A DNA stretch of 64,000 bases, from IMG/VR virus record IMGVR_UViG_3300044697_000009, positions 1 through 64,000 of that record; one strand, given 5' to 3'. The notes under the pieces are model-generated. The model had not been told where the DNA came from. It saw nothing but the letters and a program-made list of their open reading frames with translations, and did not search any database. The stretch comes from a virus. Position 1 is the first letter of the stretch, and the number at the start of each line of letters is the position of its first letter. Shown one piece after another: positions 40,962-51,153 of this stretch. The position numbers and the translations under genes are program-made.

Positions 40962-43781
40962 TCAAATCATCCACCAATTCCCGGCAGATCCAACATGAAA
41001 TGTCCAAGAACCATAATTTGTATATAAAACTTTTGATGCACTTAATCCTTCAATCATTTCTGAAGAATGCGGAGCAATTGTAATGGGATAAGTCTGAGCA
41101 TTACCAGAACGGTCTTTAATAACAATAGTTCTACCAACAGTTGGTGTCGGTAATGTAATAGTTATAGCAGCAGATTGATTACAAAGAATTACATCATCAG
41201 TAGTAGTCGTATCAACTGTATAATTACTTGTGATAGTTTTAGTAGTTCTATACATACCACCATTTATTTGATGTATAGCAGTACTAGATGATTGAGGACC
41301 TAGAGTAACACCGCCAGAATCAACTCTAAAAGCTTCAGCTGATGTCACAGATCCAGATGGAGTTACATTTATTGTGATATAAGTATGATTAGATGAATTC
41401 GTGAAAGTTTCACCGGCAATAAAATTCAAAGACCCAGTTGATGCTGAAGGAAATGTAGATGTTCCATATCCTTGGCCGGAGATAAATCCTAAAATATTAC
41501 CTGTTGTGGCAGCGGTTGGAGACCCTGATGTACCATTTGCGTATCTATTTCTAGTACCAACTGTTCCACCATATCCGGTTTGTACAATTCTTTGGGTAGA
41601 TCCGGTATTATTAACAATATCAATTGCCGTTCCAGAAGCTGCAGAAGTCTCACCAATAGCAATCTGGTTCACGTTATTGATAGAATAATTGCCCATGTTG
41701 AGATTTGCGGCTTGTGTACCAAGACTTTGAAGTGATGATGTAACAACAGTGGAATTCAATGTCGTTCCAGTTAAAGTCCCAGCTGGAGCGATAACTACGT
41801 TTTCAGATGCAGCAGTAATCAATCCTTTTCCGTTCACGGTGAATGAAGGAATTGATGTCGATGATCCAAAACTACCAGTATTTGAATTCACAGTTGCAAG
41901 CGTTAAAGCTGCACTTCCAGGACCAGATGCACTGCCATCTCCCGTCAAAGCTGTAATAGTGCCAAGCATTGTGTTGACTTGTAAAACTGTCAGATCACTA
42001 GGTGTTGCGGAACTTCCAGTGTTATTACCTTTCAATGTGTCTGACGACATTTGGGATAATTTAGAGTTTGTTACACCGTTGTTTTTAACTTCAAGGTTAT
42101 TTGAACCATTTATATCTAATGTTGAATTATCAACATTGACGTTCCATGTAACACCACTATTTGATAATCCTAGTCCTGGGTTGACTACAAATCCAGTTGC
42201 TACTTGTACCCACATTGTTCCGTTGTAATAATAAGTATCACCAGCATCATAGGATAAAGGATTGTTATCTAATACTAACCATCTGTTTTCAGGAACAGCA
42301 AATGAATATGCGTAAGAACCGGGCGTGGCATTTGTAACCGTTGCTATATTGTCTTGATGTCCTACAAAATTACCACCTAAAGTCCCAGTTTGGCTTATAT
42401 TAACGCCTAATCTATCGCCAGTTTGAACTGCTCTTCCAAGAGCGTCATGCCATGTAGTTCCATCATAAAATACAAAATGTCCAGCACCGATAGATGACCA
42501 GGCACCAGTTGGAGAAGCTCCAATTAAATACGTTGTAGTATAATTAACCGGTGATACAGGAGGTGTTGATAAACTATCATCTATTAAATTAGCTATGATT
42601 ATTGGATTTTGAGGATAGATTCCTTGAGCTAAGTAGTCAACATAGTTCTTCGTTGCCGCGTCTTGATTCGAAGTAGGATCAGTGACATTATGTATAAAAT
42701 TTGAACCCATATCAAGGGCCCCGCTCATTGTGTCACCAGTCTTTAAAACGTTTAACGAAGCCGCACCTGTTAAACTAGCGGTGATTGTTCCAGCAGAAAA
42801 ATCTCCAGAAGAATCACGTTCGACTATCGTTGATGCAGTATTAGATGAAGTAGCAGAATCTAGGATTACTTTATCAGTCGCAAGCATAAACCCGTTATTT
42901 GATTCAGTAACAGCAGCATGTAATGTAGGAGATGTTTGATTGCCGTGAGCATGAACGTGATCAGCTAATGCTAAATAAGATGAAGATCCAGCAACGTTTG
43001 AAGTCCCGATTTGAACCGGAGCAGTTGAATCGTTAAGCATTGCTGAGACATTGGCGACAGAAAGATCTGAGGCATTTGCTGTTGAACCAGAGTTATTACC
43101 TTTGAGAGTCAAGGAAGCCATTTGAGCAAGCTTACTATTACTTACTACATTGCTTTGAATTGTGGAAGAAACTGATCCAGGTCCTGTTGCAACAACATCA
43201 CCAGTTAACGCCGTAATAGCTTCATCAGAAAACGCATTGATTTGTCCTTGGATTTTTTCAAGGGCAGAAAGAATAGAATCTGTTGCTGAGATCGGTGTAT
43301 TAGCGCCGACAGAATATCCTGTTAATAATTTCCCAGTAACAACAGTAGACGCTATTGATGTACTAGATTGAGTACCTGTAACATCACCTGATAAAGATCC
43401 AGTAAATCCTGTTGAGTTACCGGATAAACTAGCAGTAATAATACCAGCTGAGAAATTACCTGAAGAATCACGTTCGACTAATGTAGAAGCGGTGTTAGTT
43501 GAAGTCGCTTCTGAAACAGTTGTAACAGTATTTGCGATATTAGTTGCTGATTGTCCGCCAACTGAATTAACGGTAGCTGAAGCACTTCCAGGGCCAGTAG
43601 CTGAGACATCCCCAGTTAAAGCTGAAATAAAATCAGTAGAACCGAATTGATATGTAGTACCATCACTGTCTTGAAGATATATACTAGTACCTTGAATATA
43701 TAATTCGATGAATCCACTTGGAGGAGGCGAAGGAGTTGTTGAATATTGTGCTAAAACTAATAAAGAACCTGGATTTGCCAT
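40962..43781 (-). CDS. Long tail fibre protein
   Basis: Repeats ALTGDV.ATGPGS (x3), NTASTxVERDSSG.FSAG.ITA (x2), DAATKNYVD. Confidence 0.8.
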   Translation of the reverse strand: MANPGSLLVLAQYSTTPSPPPSGFIELYIQGTSIYLQDSDGTTYQFGSTDFISALTGDVSATGPGSASATVNSVGGQSATNIANTVTTVSEATSTNTASTLVERDSSGNFSAGIITASLSGNSTGFTGSLSGDVTGTQSSTSIASTVVTGKLLTGYSVGANTPISATDSILSALEKIQGQINAFSDEAITALTGDVVATGPGSVSSTIQSNVVSNSKLAQMASLTLKGNNSGSTANASDLSVANVSAMLNDSTAPVQIGTSNVAGSSSYLALADHVHAHGNQTSPTLHAAVTESNNGFMLATDKVILDSATSSNTASTIVERDSSGDFSAGTITASLTGAASLNVLKTGDTMSGALDMGSNFIHNVTDPTSNQDAATKNYVDYLAQGIYPQNPIIIANLIDDSLSTPPVSPVNYTTTYLIGASPTGAWSSIGAGHFVFYDGTTWHDALGRAVQTGDRLGVNISQTGTLGGNFVGHQDNIATVTNATPGSYAYSFAVPENRWLVLDNNPLSYDAGDTYYYNGTMWVQVATGFVVNPGLGLSNSGVTWNVNVDNSTLDINGSNNLEVKNNGVTNSKLSQMSSDTLKGNNTGSSATPSDLTVLQVNTMLGTITALTGDGSASGPGSAALTLATVNSNTGSFGSSTSIPSFTVNGKGLITAASENVVIAPAGTLTGTTLNSTVVTSSLQSLGTQAANLNMGNYSINNVNQIAIGETSAASGTAIDIVNNTGSTQRIVQTGYGGTVGTRNRYANGTSGSPTAATTGNILGFISGQGYGTSTFPSASTGSLNFIAGETFTNSSNHTYITINVTPSGSVTSAEAFRVDSGGVTLGPQSSSTAIHQINGGMYRTTKTITSNYTVDTTTTDDVILCNQSAAITITLPTPTVGRTIVIKDRSGNAQTYPITIAPHSSEMIEGLSASKVLYTNYGSWTFHVGSAGNWWMI

Positions 43782-43790
43782 ATTTTTTCC

Positions 43791-44126
43791 TTAAAGTATA
43801 ATTACTTCTCCACCGGGTTGGATAACTAAACTTGCTCCGGATTGTAATGTTAGACCTGGAGTAATTAAAGTTTCATCTGTATTTACAGTTACAGTTCCAT
43901 TAACATTTCGTTGTGTTATATATCCTTGTGCTTCAATAGCCCCTGAGTCTTGGACATTTGTACCAGGAGAATCTTGAATCGTTGTTCCTGTATCATCGGC
44001 CCACCTAGTAATAGCTCCAGTTGTTGTAGGTGATAATCCAGTAACATTTCCAGAACCAGAACCTGATTCGATATAAATCAACTGTAGATTGCCAGTATAA
44101 GGATTTAAGATCGTCTTATAAGCCAT
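43791..44126 (-). CDS. Virion structural protein
   Basis: Beta-rich, NPYTG motif, in the fibre operon. Confidence 0.55.
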   Translation of the reverse strand: MAYKTILNPYTGNLQLIYIESGSGSGNVTGLSPTTTGAITRWADDTGTTIQDSPGTNVQDSGAIEAQGYITQRNVNGTVTVNTDETLITPGLTLQSGASLVIQPGGEVIIL

Positions 44127-44552
44127 TTATGTCCTAACTGCCGATGTTAAATTCGCACTACTGTCATAACCAAGAGTAAGAGTCGCAACAAGAGTTCCAG
44201 ATAATCCACCAGAATAGTATTCAATCTCAGTTGGAACTGTCTGACTATCTATAACTGAATTCGTTATACTGATACTATCGAAACTAACTGGAATTAACTG
44301 AGCGACATTAATAACGCTTTGATTCCCAGAACTATCAATCTTTGGAATCTGTAGTGTTCCATTTGATTGACCATTCTGCGTTCCATACATTATTACACTA
44401 TCACCATCAGTAGCTGTAACACTAACTAACAATTCCCCATTCACTGTCAAAGGAGCAGTCAGTGTCGCAGTAGTTCTTAATGCCTGAGCAATAGGGTCAT
44501 AAGAATATTGAAGTATTTGTTGATGGTCTAAACCACTTGGTGTAAAAGCCAT
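44127..44552 (-). CDS. Virion structural protein
   Basis: Y.SGG.SGT.VATLTL.YD module; directly after the portal. Confidence 0.55.
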   Translation of the reverse strand: MAFTPSGLDHQQILQYSYDPIAQALRTTATLTAPLTVNGELLVSVTATDGDSVIMYGTQNGQSNGTLQIPKIDSSGNQSVINVAQLIPVSFDSISITNSVIDSQTVPTEIEYYSGGLSGTLVATLTLGYDSSANLTSAVRT

Positions 44553-46660
44553 TATTTCCTCATAGGTGGAGTCATTTGATTAGCCATTACTGGTAAGTTA
44601 CGAAACTGTCCAGGAGGCTGTGGGATATTAGGTAACGCCATAGGCGCTTGTCCGTTACTAAGTGTCACTCCTGGAGTAATAGGTCCAAGTGCAGGATTAG
44701 ATAATATAGGAGCAGGACCTTGTCCAGGTGGCGGTATCACTCCATGAGGACCGCCCTGGACATTAGGAGTGGGACCACCGGGAGAAGGAGGAGTTCCCGA
44801 TGGCCCCGTTTGTTGACCGGGCAACGGAGGAAGTTGCTGTTCTCCGATCAACTGTAGTAAGCCTGGATCTGTATTTCTTAATGCATTTAAATGAGCCTCG
44901 ATATGATCCATTACGATTTTAACAAGTTCTGGATTTTCTCTCAAATCTGGATCATCAAGTACGGCTTTATGTTCTTGAACGTGTTGAGAATGTTTATCAG
45001 TTGGCGATACTAAAGGATTTTCACCATTCAATAATTTTTCATTCTCACGTTTAATTGTTAAGAGTTCTTTCATCTCGATGTTGTACATATCATCAAGACG
45101 GCCTGTATTAATAACTTGGAAGTATTGTTGAGGATCTGTCAAAAGTTTCATCTGAAGGAGTTGTTCTGCCATTTGAACACGACCAGCGATTGTCCGTGAC
45201 AATGGGTTACCAACATCAACAACAACACGATTGATCTCAGAGATATCATCTCCAGTAAATTCTTTAAGCATAGAACGATTGCTAACGCCAACTAATGTAA
45301 CAATCTTAGGCGTCATCGCAAAGTCTTTAAGAATACTCAGTAATCCCGTACCAACGTTCTCAATAAGTTTAACGTATGATTGTTGAAGACCTGATACGAA
45401 TTGAAGCGCCATGGATTGAACAAGAGCAAGAGCAGTTCCAGATTTCAATGAAGCTTCTGGATTACCACGAGCAACAGAGTTAACACCTGAGATCGTCTCA
45501 GCAGATTGAATACACATATCTAGGAATTTAAAGATTTCAGCTGGTGTTTGTGTCAGGTTCAAAGGCTCAGGTTTCATGTTACCTTCGATAATGTTCATTG
45601 CACCTTCGAGCTGGTTGACTGCGATATCAGCGCCACGAGGTACAAATAGATTCTGAACACCAAATGCGTTTTCGTTAGTTGCAATCGTACTGAATAAAGA
45701 ATTGATTAATTCCTGAATCGGCATGATATCAAACATGTCAGTATATCCATAAGGAGTACCAAGGATCTCAGCAGGTACGATTCTAAAGATCGGAATTGTT
45801 CTATAAGGCATCTTGGCGTCTTGAAGAATACAATCGCTATCCAAGAACAACATATATCGACCTTCAGGCAAGGCTTCAGATTGACGATGAAAAAATTCGT
45901 ATACTGCGATGTCATCTGTTTCATCATTTGACCAAACAGCTAAACGATATACAGAACTATCTGTTTTGGAAGGAATTCCACGGATTTTATCAGCTAGTTC
46001 AGGATACTTAGCCATTAAGTTATAGCGATTTTGAAAACTACGACAAAGAATCCAATCATTGTCCCAATTTTCTTTTGTACCATCCACTACGACATCAAAT
46101 GGAGTTAATGTAGTGAATTCGATTTCACCTTCGTAATTAAACTCACCAGTTTCAGGATCAGCATCATAAAGATTACCGCCCATTGCATTCCAGGCAAGTT
46201 TTATATATCCAGCACCAAGTACAATAGCAAGTTCGACGGCTTTATTTAAAACGTCTTCAAGATGTTTTTCTCTCATGTAGTAATCAAGAATACCATCTGC
46301 GATAATCGTTTGAGATTCTGACTTAGCATCAGAGTTTACAGCACGAGCTTCCATAATAGGACGATTTGAAGTAATCATGATGTAAATATGTCGTGCTAAG
46401 TTTCTAAAATGGTTTACTGGAAATTGTATTAACTCACCTTGATCGCCAGTAAAGTTAACTCTATGTCCATAACCCAGGTCATGTTCATATGCGCCATGAT
46501 ACATTCTCCACATATTGCTAAGTTTTTCTAAATACGCATTAGCTCTTAACATATTGAAGAAGCTCTGTGCTCTTGATAAACACGTACTTGCTACAACATC
46601 TGGAGTATTAGCTGCGAAATAAATCGAATCAGCTTGTTTAAAAGAACTTGTATCGCTCAT
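44552..46660 (-). CDS. Portal protein
   Basis: 702 aa directly after terminase; GAGYIK, ETISGVN...RG..SGTAL portal-like motifs; Pro/Gly tail. Confidence 0.88.
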   Translation of the reverse strand: MSDTSSFKQADSIYFAANTPDVVASTCLSRAQSFFNMLRANAYLEKLSNMWRMYHGAYEHDLGYGHRVNFTGDQGELIQFPVNHFRNLARHIYIMITSNRPIMEARAVNSDAKSESQTIIADGILDYYMREKHLEDVLNKAVELAIVLGAGYIKLAWNAMGGNLYDADPETGEFNYEGEIEFTTLTPFDVVVDGTKENWDNDWILCRSFQNRYNLMAKYPELADKIRGIPSKTDSSVYRLAVWSNDETDDIAVYEFFHRQSEALPEGRYMLFLDSDCILQDAKMPYRTIPIFRIVPAEILGTPYGYTDMFDIMPIQELINSLFSTIATNENAFGVQNLFVPRGADIAVNQLEGAMNIIEGNMKPEPLNLTQTPAEIFKFLDMCIQSAETISGVNSVARGNPEASLKSGTALALVQSMALQFVSGLQQSYVKLIENVGTGLLSILKDFAMTPKIVTLVGVSNRSMLKEFTGDDISEINRVVVDVGNPLSRTIAGRVQMAEQLLQMKLLTDPQQYFQVINTGRLDDMYNIEMKELLTIKRENEKLLNGENPLVSPTDKHSQHVQEHKAVLDDPDLRENPELVKIVMDHIEAHLNALRNTDPGLLQLIGEQQLPPLPGQQTGPSGTPPSPGGPTPNVQGGPHGVIPPPGQGPAPILSNPALGPITPGVTLSNGQAPMALPNIPQPPGQFRNLPVMANQMTPPMRK

Positions 46661-48126
46661 AATATCCTCTTGGGTTTGGACTTAACATTAAAGATTTTTT
46701 TATATACATCAGCAGGGTCTTGATTTTGAGTATTGTAGTATTTCATTTGATCAATCATCGTGAGACTTGATGGATTGATATCGTAGTTAGCTGGATATGG
46801 ATTTTTTCCAAAAATAACGTTACGAACTAAATAAATCAATGCATCGACTGCATCATAATGTGCATCATCAGGAGATCTCGCAAAACGATTCCTTGCATTC
46901 CTACTATCCCATTTAGCGTTCTTAAGATGCCGTATTAATGTTACACATCTAGGATGGATTATTATTTTCTTTGCCGCCAACAATGTTCTAAGATTATTAA
47001 CCGCTGTTTCTTTTTCATCTTTTTTAGTAGGTATGAAGTTTATACGATTACCACTGTTAACCAAGATCTCACGAATCGTAATATAATCTACGTCACTGAA
47101 TCTAAGATAAGGTGTCTTGACTTCCAATGACAAAGGATTGGTCCAGAGTTCTTTTTCTTTTGTATCAATCCTCTCGACAAGTTTTACAAGACTTTCGTTA
47201 GGATTATTAAAGTTCATAATGAGTTCGTCTTCAATAATGATTTTATTTGCACGGAAGTCGAAGTATCCAAATACAACAACAGTTAAGTCCCGACCACCAG
47301 TATCCATAGCTTCGTATGCATCATAAAATGGAGGTTTTGGCCATTCTTTAACGATTTCTTTTTCTAAGACTGCATCAAATTCAGGAACGACGGATAAAGT
47401 AGGATCTTTAATGACTTGGCATAAGAATTCCCGTTTCCAGGAGTCTGAGTTCTCACCACCCATTGATTCTTTAAGACGTTCGATTTGTTCTTCTTTAAGT
47501 AATGGATTGTCGTAGACTGTCTTTCTAGTAAGTTTATTTCGCGTCTCCGCTTCCTCAATAAACTTAAAAAAATCATGGTCAAGGTCTGCTGGAGGAGTAC
47601 TAGCAAGTACGATCTTACCTCCAGTATGAATAGTTGTAGGAATAAAGATTTGTTCTACAATATACCTTAAATCTGTACAAAAACCTGCTTCATCGATTAA
47701 TACAAGTGTAGCTTTTTGACCACGGAGACGATCATAGTGTTTATTGTCTGTACCGGCTAACTGGATTTGTGAACCATTACTGAAGTAATATGTATGGTAC
47801 TTAGCTTTGAAGTCCGGGCGGATACTTTGAGGACAATCATTTAAGAGTTCAGTAAAGATTTTTTCAAACACGGAATGAATATGGACTTTTGTATCTGTTA
47901 CTAGTTTTATAATTGCGTCATTTTTTCTAAGTGCGTGTTCAAGTGCTAGAATCGCCATGAGATACGATTTACCACTTTGACGACTTAAGAGCCATACGAG
48001 GATACTATGAGGATCGGAGTTATAAAAGAGATCATACATCTCTTGTTGGACTCTGTGGCATTTCCATCTAAGGTTGCCTTGCGTCCATAAAATAGCCCGG
48101 GCCTGCTGAGTATCGAGTTTAGACAT
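46657..48126 (-). CDS. terL: Terminase large subunit
   Basis: Walker A SRQSGKS, LRG, Walker B VLIDEAG, ASTP, REFLC, nuclease MDTG and HYDAVDALIY. Confidence 0.95.
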   Translation of the reverse strand: MSKLDTQQARAILWTQGNLRWKCHRVQQEMYDLFYNSDPHSILVWLLSRQSGKSYLMAILALEHALRKNDAIIKLVTDTKVHIHSVFEKIFTELLNDCPQSIRPDFKAKYHTYYFSNGSQIQLAGTDNKHYDRLRGQKATLVLIDEAGFCTDLRYIVEQIFIPTTIHTGGKIVLASTPPADLDHDFFKFIEEAETRNKLTRKTVYDNPLLKEEQIERLKESMGGENSDSWKREFLCQVIKDPTLSVVPEFDAVLEKEIVKEWPKPPFYDAYEAMDTGGRDLTVVVFGYFDFRANKIIIEDELIMNFNNPNESLVKLVERIDTKEKELWTNPLSLEVKTPYLRFSDVDYITIREILVNSGNRINFIPTKKDEKETAVNNLRTLLAAKKIIIHPRCVTLIRHLKNAKWDSRNARNRFARSPDDAHYDAVDALIYLVRNVIFGKNPYPANYDINPSSLTMIDQMKYYNTQNQDPADVYKKIFNVKSKPKRIL

Positions 48127-48520
48127 CGTCCTCACCAGTTGCAAGACGTAAGAGTTCTGCTTGAGGTATGTCTTTACCGAGGTCAGCTAAGTTCTCGGTT
48201 TTTGTTATGTCTTTAAGGATTTTACAATAGATATCAAATCTTTTAGCTTCTTCAAGAGTTAATGCGCGAGTCAATGAAAAATCACGGAGTTTTGAGATCT
48301 CAGTTCTACAGATATATTCTTGGTCATTAGTCTCAAACTTCTTTGCATCTGATTCAGTTTTGATTAAAGGAACTGTACCTTCAACAAGAGCTTTGAGATG
48401 AGTAATCTCTTCTTCTTGAGCTTTAATTGTTTTTAAAAGTTCTGTATTTGTTTTAGTCAGAGCAATATTGAAAGCTTTTAGATCTATGATTTCTTTTGCA
48501 ATATCAAGTTTGTCTTTCAT
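48119..48520 (-). CDS. Hypothetical protein, candidate small terminase subunit
   Basis: Helical 133 aa directly upstream of terL. Confidence 0.4.
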   Translation of the reverse strand: MKDKLDIAKEIIDLKAFNIALTKTNTELLKTIKAQEEEITHLKALVEGTVPLIKTESDAKKFETNDQEYICRTEISKLRDFSLTRALTLEEAKRFDIYCKILKDITKTENLADLGKDIPQAELLRLATGEDDV

Positions 48521-48867
48521 TAAAACCTCGCAGGCGTTTGAATCGGTTGACCTTGCTTCATTGTTTTAGCGAGACTAAGACCTGATACGTGGGTTCTGAC
48601 TTCGTCGTATGCTTTTGCTTGAGCATTCACAGTCTTGATAATTGCTTCATCTTGGTCTTTTAAGGCCTTGATTTCAGCATCATAATTCTGTTTCATGTCT
48701 TGGATTTCTTTAGATCGGTCTTTTAATTCATACAGACCAGCTAAGATACCCGCTATAACGACAGCGGTAGCTGACTGCCAATCTGCTTGAAAAAATAATA
48801 CTTTTCCAATAGTTAGAGAAAAAAGGAAAAGCGGGGCGTGTTTTAGATAACTCATTTTATCCTCCAA
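48520..48867 (-). CDS. Two-TM plus coiled-coil membrane protein
   Basis: Two hydrophobic segments then heptads. Confidence 0.55.
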   Translation of the reverse strand: MEDKMSYLKHAPLFLFSLTIGKVLFFQADWQSATAVVIAGILAGLYELKDRSKEIQDMKQNYDAEIKALKDQDEAIIKTVNAQAKAYDEVRTHVSGLSLAKTMKQGQPIQTPARF

Positions 48868-48972
48868 GTTATTGAAATTATTAAAGAGTTTTGCGTAAAC
48901 CGCTCTTTTGTCCGGGTCAAAGCCCGTGTATTGCCCTAACTGGGCCTCCGGTATTGCTAAATCTCTCTAAGA

Positions 48973-48984
48973 TATAGTTATTAA
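48973..48984 (-). promoter_or_regulatory. Putative late promoter of the packaging operon
   Basis: Exact TTAATAACTATA. Confidence 0.75.
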
Positions 48985-49004
48985 ATTCTTAGATAATCCC
49001 CGTT

Positions 49005-49016
49005 TTAATAACTATT
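49005..49016 (+). promoter_or_regulatory. Divergent putative late promoter for the endolysin unit
   Basis: TTAATAACTATT on the + strand. Confidence 0.7.
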
Positions 49017-49020
49017 TAGT

Positions 49021-49158
49021 ATGAAAATAAAACACTTAGATCAATCACCTATCTGCCCGGTATGTTCTGCCTGGATGCTTACACATCCTAGTAATCATGA
49101 GTATCTTAAGTGTATAAGTTGTGGATTTTGTTGTAAAATTATAAAAAGGTTGAAATAA
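49021..49158 (+). CDS. Small Zn-ribbon protein (45 aa, not in ORF track)
   Basis: MKIKHLDQSPICPVC...KCISCGF; stop overlaps the endolysin ATG. Confidence 0.55.
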   Translation: MKIKHLDQSPICPVCSAWMLTHPSNHEYLKCISCGFCCKIIKRLK

Positions 49159-49592
49159 TGGTTGGATTAGATTGGAATGACCCTAATTCTTTATTAAGTC
49201 AGTATTTTCGAGTGCACGAAGCGTTGTATCTACCTACCTGGGGGCGATTAGCAACAGAAGATGATGGTTTGACTGATGAAATTAAAGAAAATTTATTAGA
49301 TCTTTGTTCTAAGATGGACCAAATACGTGAATTCCTTGGATTTCCTATGAATGTCCATTGTATGTACCGTCCTCCGAGCTATAACCTAGTGATTGGAGCA
49401 CCAGAGAATGACGTCCATAGTCTAGGACAAGCCGTTGACTTTGATTGCAACCCTGATCTCACAATAGATGAAATCAGAGACAAAGTTTTACCGGTATTAG
49501 ATAAATATAATATAAGAATGGAAAGAAACACATCGACATGGATTCATTTAGATACACATCCTGTCGGAAATGCTAGATATTTTTATCCATAA
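49158..49592 (+). CDS. Peptidase M15 family endolysin
   Basis: YRPPSYN..IGA...VHSLGQAVD, WIHLD zinc ligands. Confidence 0.85.
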   Translation: MVGLDWNDPNSLLSQYFRVHEALYLPTWGRLATEDDGLTDEIKENLLDLCSKMDQIREFLGFPMNVHCMYRPPSYNLVIGAPENDVHSLGQAVDFDCNPDLTIDEIRDKVLPVLDKYNIRMERNTSTWIHLDTHPVGNARYFYP

Positions 49593-49601
49593 GGAGATAA
49601 A

Positions 49602-49769
49602 ATGGCTAAACCTAAATTAGGATCTGGAGAAAGATTCGCAAGATTGAAGAAACATATTCAAAGCGAAGGATATTCTTCTGAATCAGCTCAGAAAATCGCA
49701 GCTTCGGTAGGACAGAAAAAATATGGAGCTAAGAAAATGGCCCATATGGCAGCTAAGAATCGGAAATAA
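49602..49769 (+). CDS. Small basic protein MAKPKLGSGERF... (55 aa, not in ORF track)
   Basis: AAGGAG RBS; hand translation open to TAA. Confidence 0.7.
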   Translation: MAKPKLGSGERFARLKKHIQSEGYSSESAQKIAASVGQKKYGAKKMAHMAAKNRK

Positions 49770-49770
49770 T

Positions 49771-49962
49771 TCAAGAAGCTTGTCTTTTTAATCGCATTTT
49801 TGATTTAATACGTTCTCTATTACAATCAGGGCAGTAGTGACCATTCCAAAGACCACCGGTTGAGTCCTTCCACCGTTTGTCTTTAGTATTATATTTCCCG
49901 TCTTGTATCCGTAGCTTAAGTTGTTTACAGATACGACATTCCGTCATGTTCTGTTCACTCAT
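49771..49962 (-). CDS. Small Zn-finger protein
   Basis: CRIC...CPDC. Confidence 0.6.
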   Translation of the reverse strand: MSEQNMTECRICKQLKLRIQDGKYNTKDKRWKDSTGGLWNGHYCPDCNRERIKSKMRLKRQAS

Positions 49963-50176
49963 TTTCTACTGCCTTTCTTAAAGGAATGACTTTAGACTTT
50001 TGTTTCAACCCATCAATAACTTTGAGATAAACGTTTTTATGAGAAATCAAGGATCTGACGAGATTAAATACAGCTTTTTCATCACTCCAGTCTGATTTAT
50101 CCATAGCCCTAAGCCATGCAAATACAATAGGATCGTCTTGGTATTGTTCTGTAATAGTATCAATGATTTTGGACAT
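49955..50176 (-). CDS. Hypothetical protein
   Basis: GGAGG RBS. Confidence 0.6.
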   Translation of the reverse strand: MSKIIDTITEQYQDDPIVFAWLRAMDKSDWSDEKAVFNLVRSLISHKNVYLKVIDGLKQKSKVIPLRKAVENE

Positions 50177-50203
50177 TTAAGCCTCCTGCTTATCTGAATA
50201 AAG

Positions 50204-50470
50204 TTATTCGTCTTGAATAACTATCTGCATTTTATAGAAATTAATAAATACTTGGTGTTTGTTATCAATTGCTTCTAATAAAAACTTTAATTCTTTAAGG
50301 TCTTCAGCCTCAATCAGTATTTCCTTTAATCCATCATCGTCTATAAGTTCTTGTTTATACTCAAAGAGTTCATTAAACCTACCTTGAAGTTCAAGAGTTT
50401 CCATATAATGAATTTCTTCTGCTTCAAGTACTAATGGGAGTTTAGATTTCCGTGATAATTTAAAGACCAA
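50204..50470 (-). CDS. Hypothetical protein
   Basis: ORF in operon. Confidence 0.5.
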   Translation of the reverse strand: MVFKLSRKSKLPLVLEAEEIHYMETLELQGRFNELFEYKQELIDDDGLKEILIEAEDLKELKFLLEAIDNKHQVFINFYKMQIVIQDE

Positions 50471-50830
50471 TTATTCATCCTTGAGATAGATATGGCTTCC
50501 AAGCACGCTATTGGCATCAGAATCGTCAATCCATTTGGTTGGCTTAGTTTGTACATAGTCAACAATATCTTCTAACTCTAAGGCTTTTACAGCTTCAAGG
50601 GCCCATTTATATCCGGCTGCCGACCAAACGACAATCGTCATACCACGTCCTTTATATTTCCTTAAGAGTTCTACGTGTTTTGTATGTGGTTTTAAATAAT
50701 TAATGGAGTTGTCATAAGGATCTATTATCTTTAATTTGTATTCACTAGGAATTTTGTATGTATGATCCCACATTAATAGCGTGTTATCTACATCACATAC
50801 TATAACAGATTCGTTTTCTATAACCTGCAT
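50471..50830 (-). CDS. HAD-superfamily phosphatase
   Basis: DVDNTL motif I, VWSA motif II, KP...IDD motifs III/IV. Confidence 0.85.
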   Translation of the reverse strand: MQVIENESVIVCDVDNTLLMWDHTYKIPSEYKLKIIDPYDNSINYLKPHTKHVELLRKYKGRGMTIVVWSAAGYKWALEAVKALELEDIVDYVQTKPTKWIDDSDANSVLGSHIYLKDE

Positions 50831-50853
50831 CGCTCCTCCGATTATCAGGTTTT

Positions 50854-50882
50854 ACTATACCACAGTTTACTATAAATGTCAA
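50854..50882 (-). promoter_or_regulatory. Sigma70-type promoter
   Basis: TTGACA-17nt-TATAGT with TGTGG before the -10. Confidence 0.8.
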
Positions 50883-50889
50883 GAGAAAT

Positions 50890-51084
50890 TTAGTACTTTG
50901 GATCGAATTTACATTTAGTACAGGTTAGGTGCCCTTCTTCATTATACTCATAAGTATGCGGAGGACAACACTTTTCTTCTGTATTCAATGGTTTATGATC
51001 GGACTTGTGTTCCGTATGTACAGGAAGGTTTAATACAAAGAAAAATAATAAAAGAATTACCCAGAACATTTCTTTTCTTTCCAA
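50890..51084 (-). CDS. Small membrane-anchored Cys/His protein
   Basis: TM plus CCPPH...CTKC. Confidence 0.45.
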   Translation of the reverse strand: MERKEMFWVILLLFFFVLNLPVHTEHKSDHKPLNTEEKCCPPHTYEYNEEGHLTCTKCKFDPKY

Positions 51085-51153
51085 ATCACAGTCTTACCGC
51101 AGATCCAGCATTTCATTCCGTATAACGTGATTCCATAATTATGTACTTTACAC

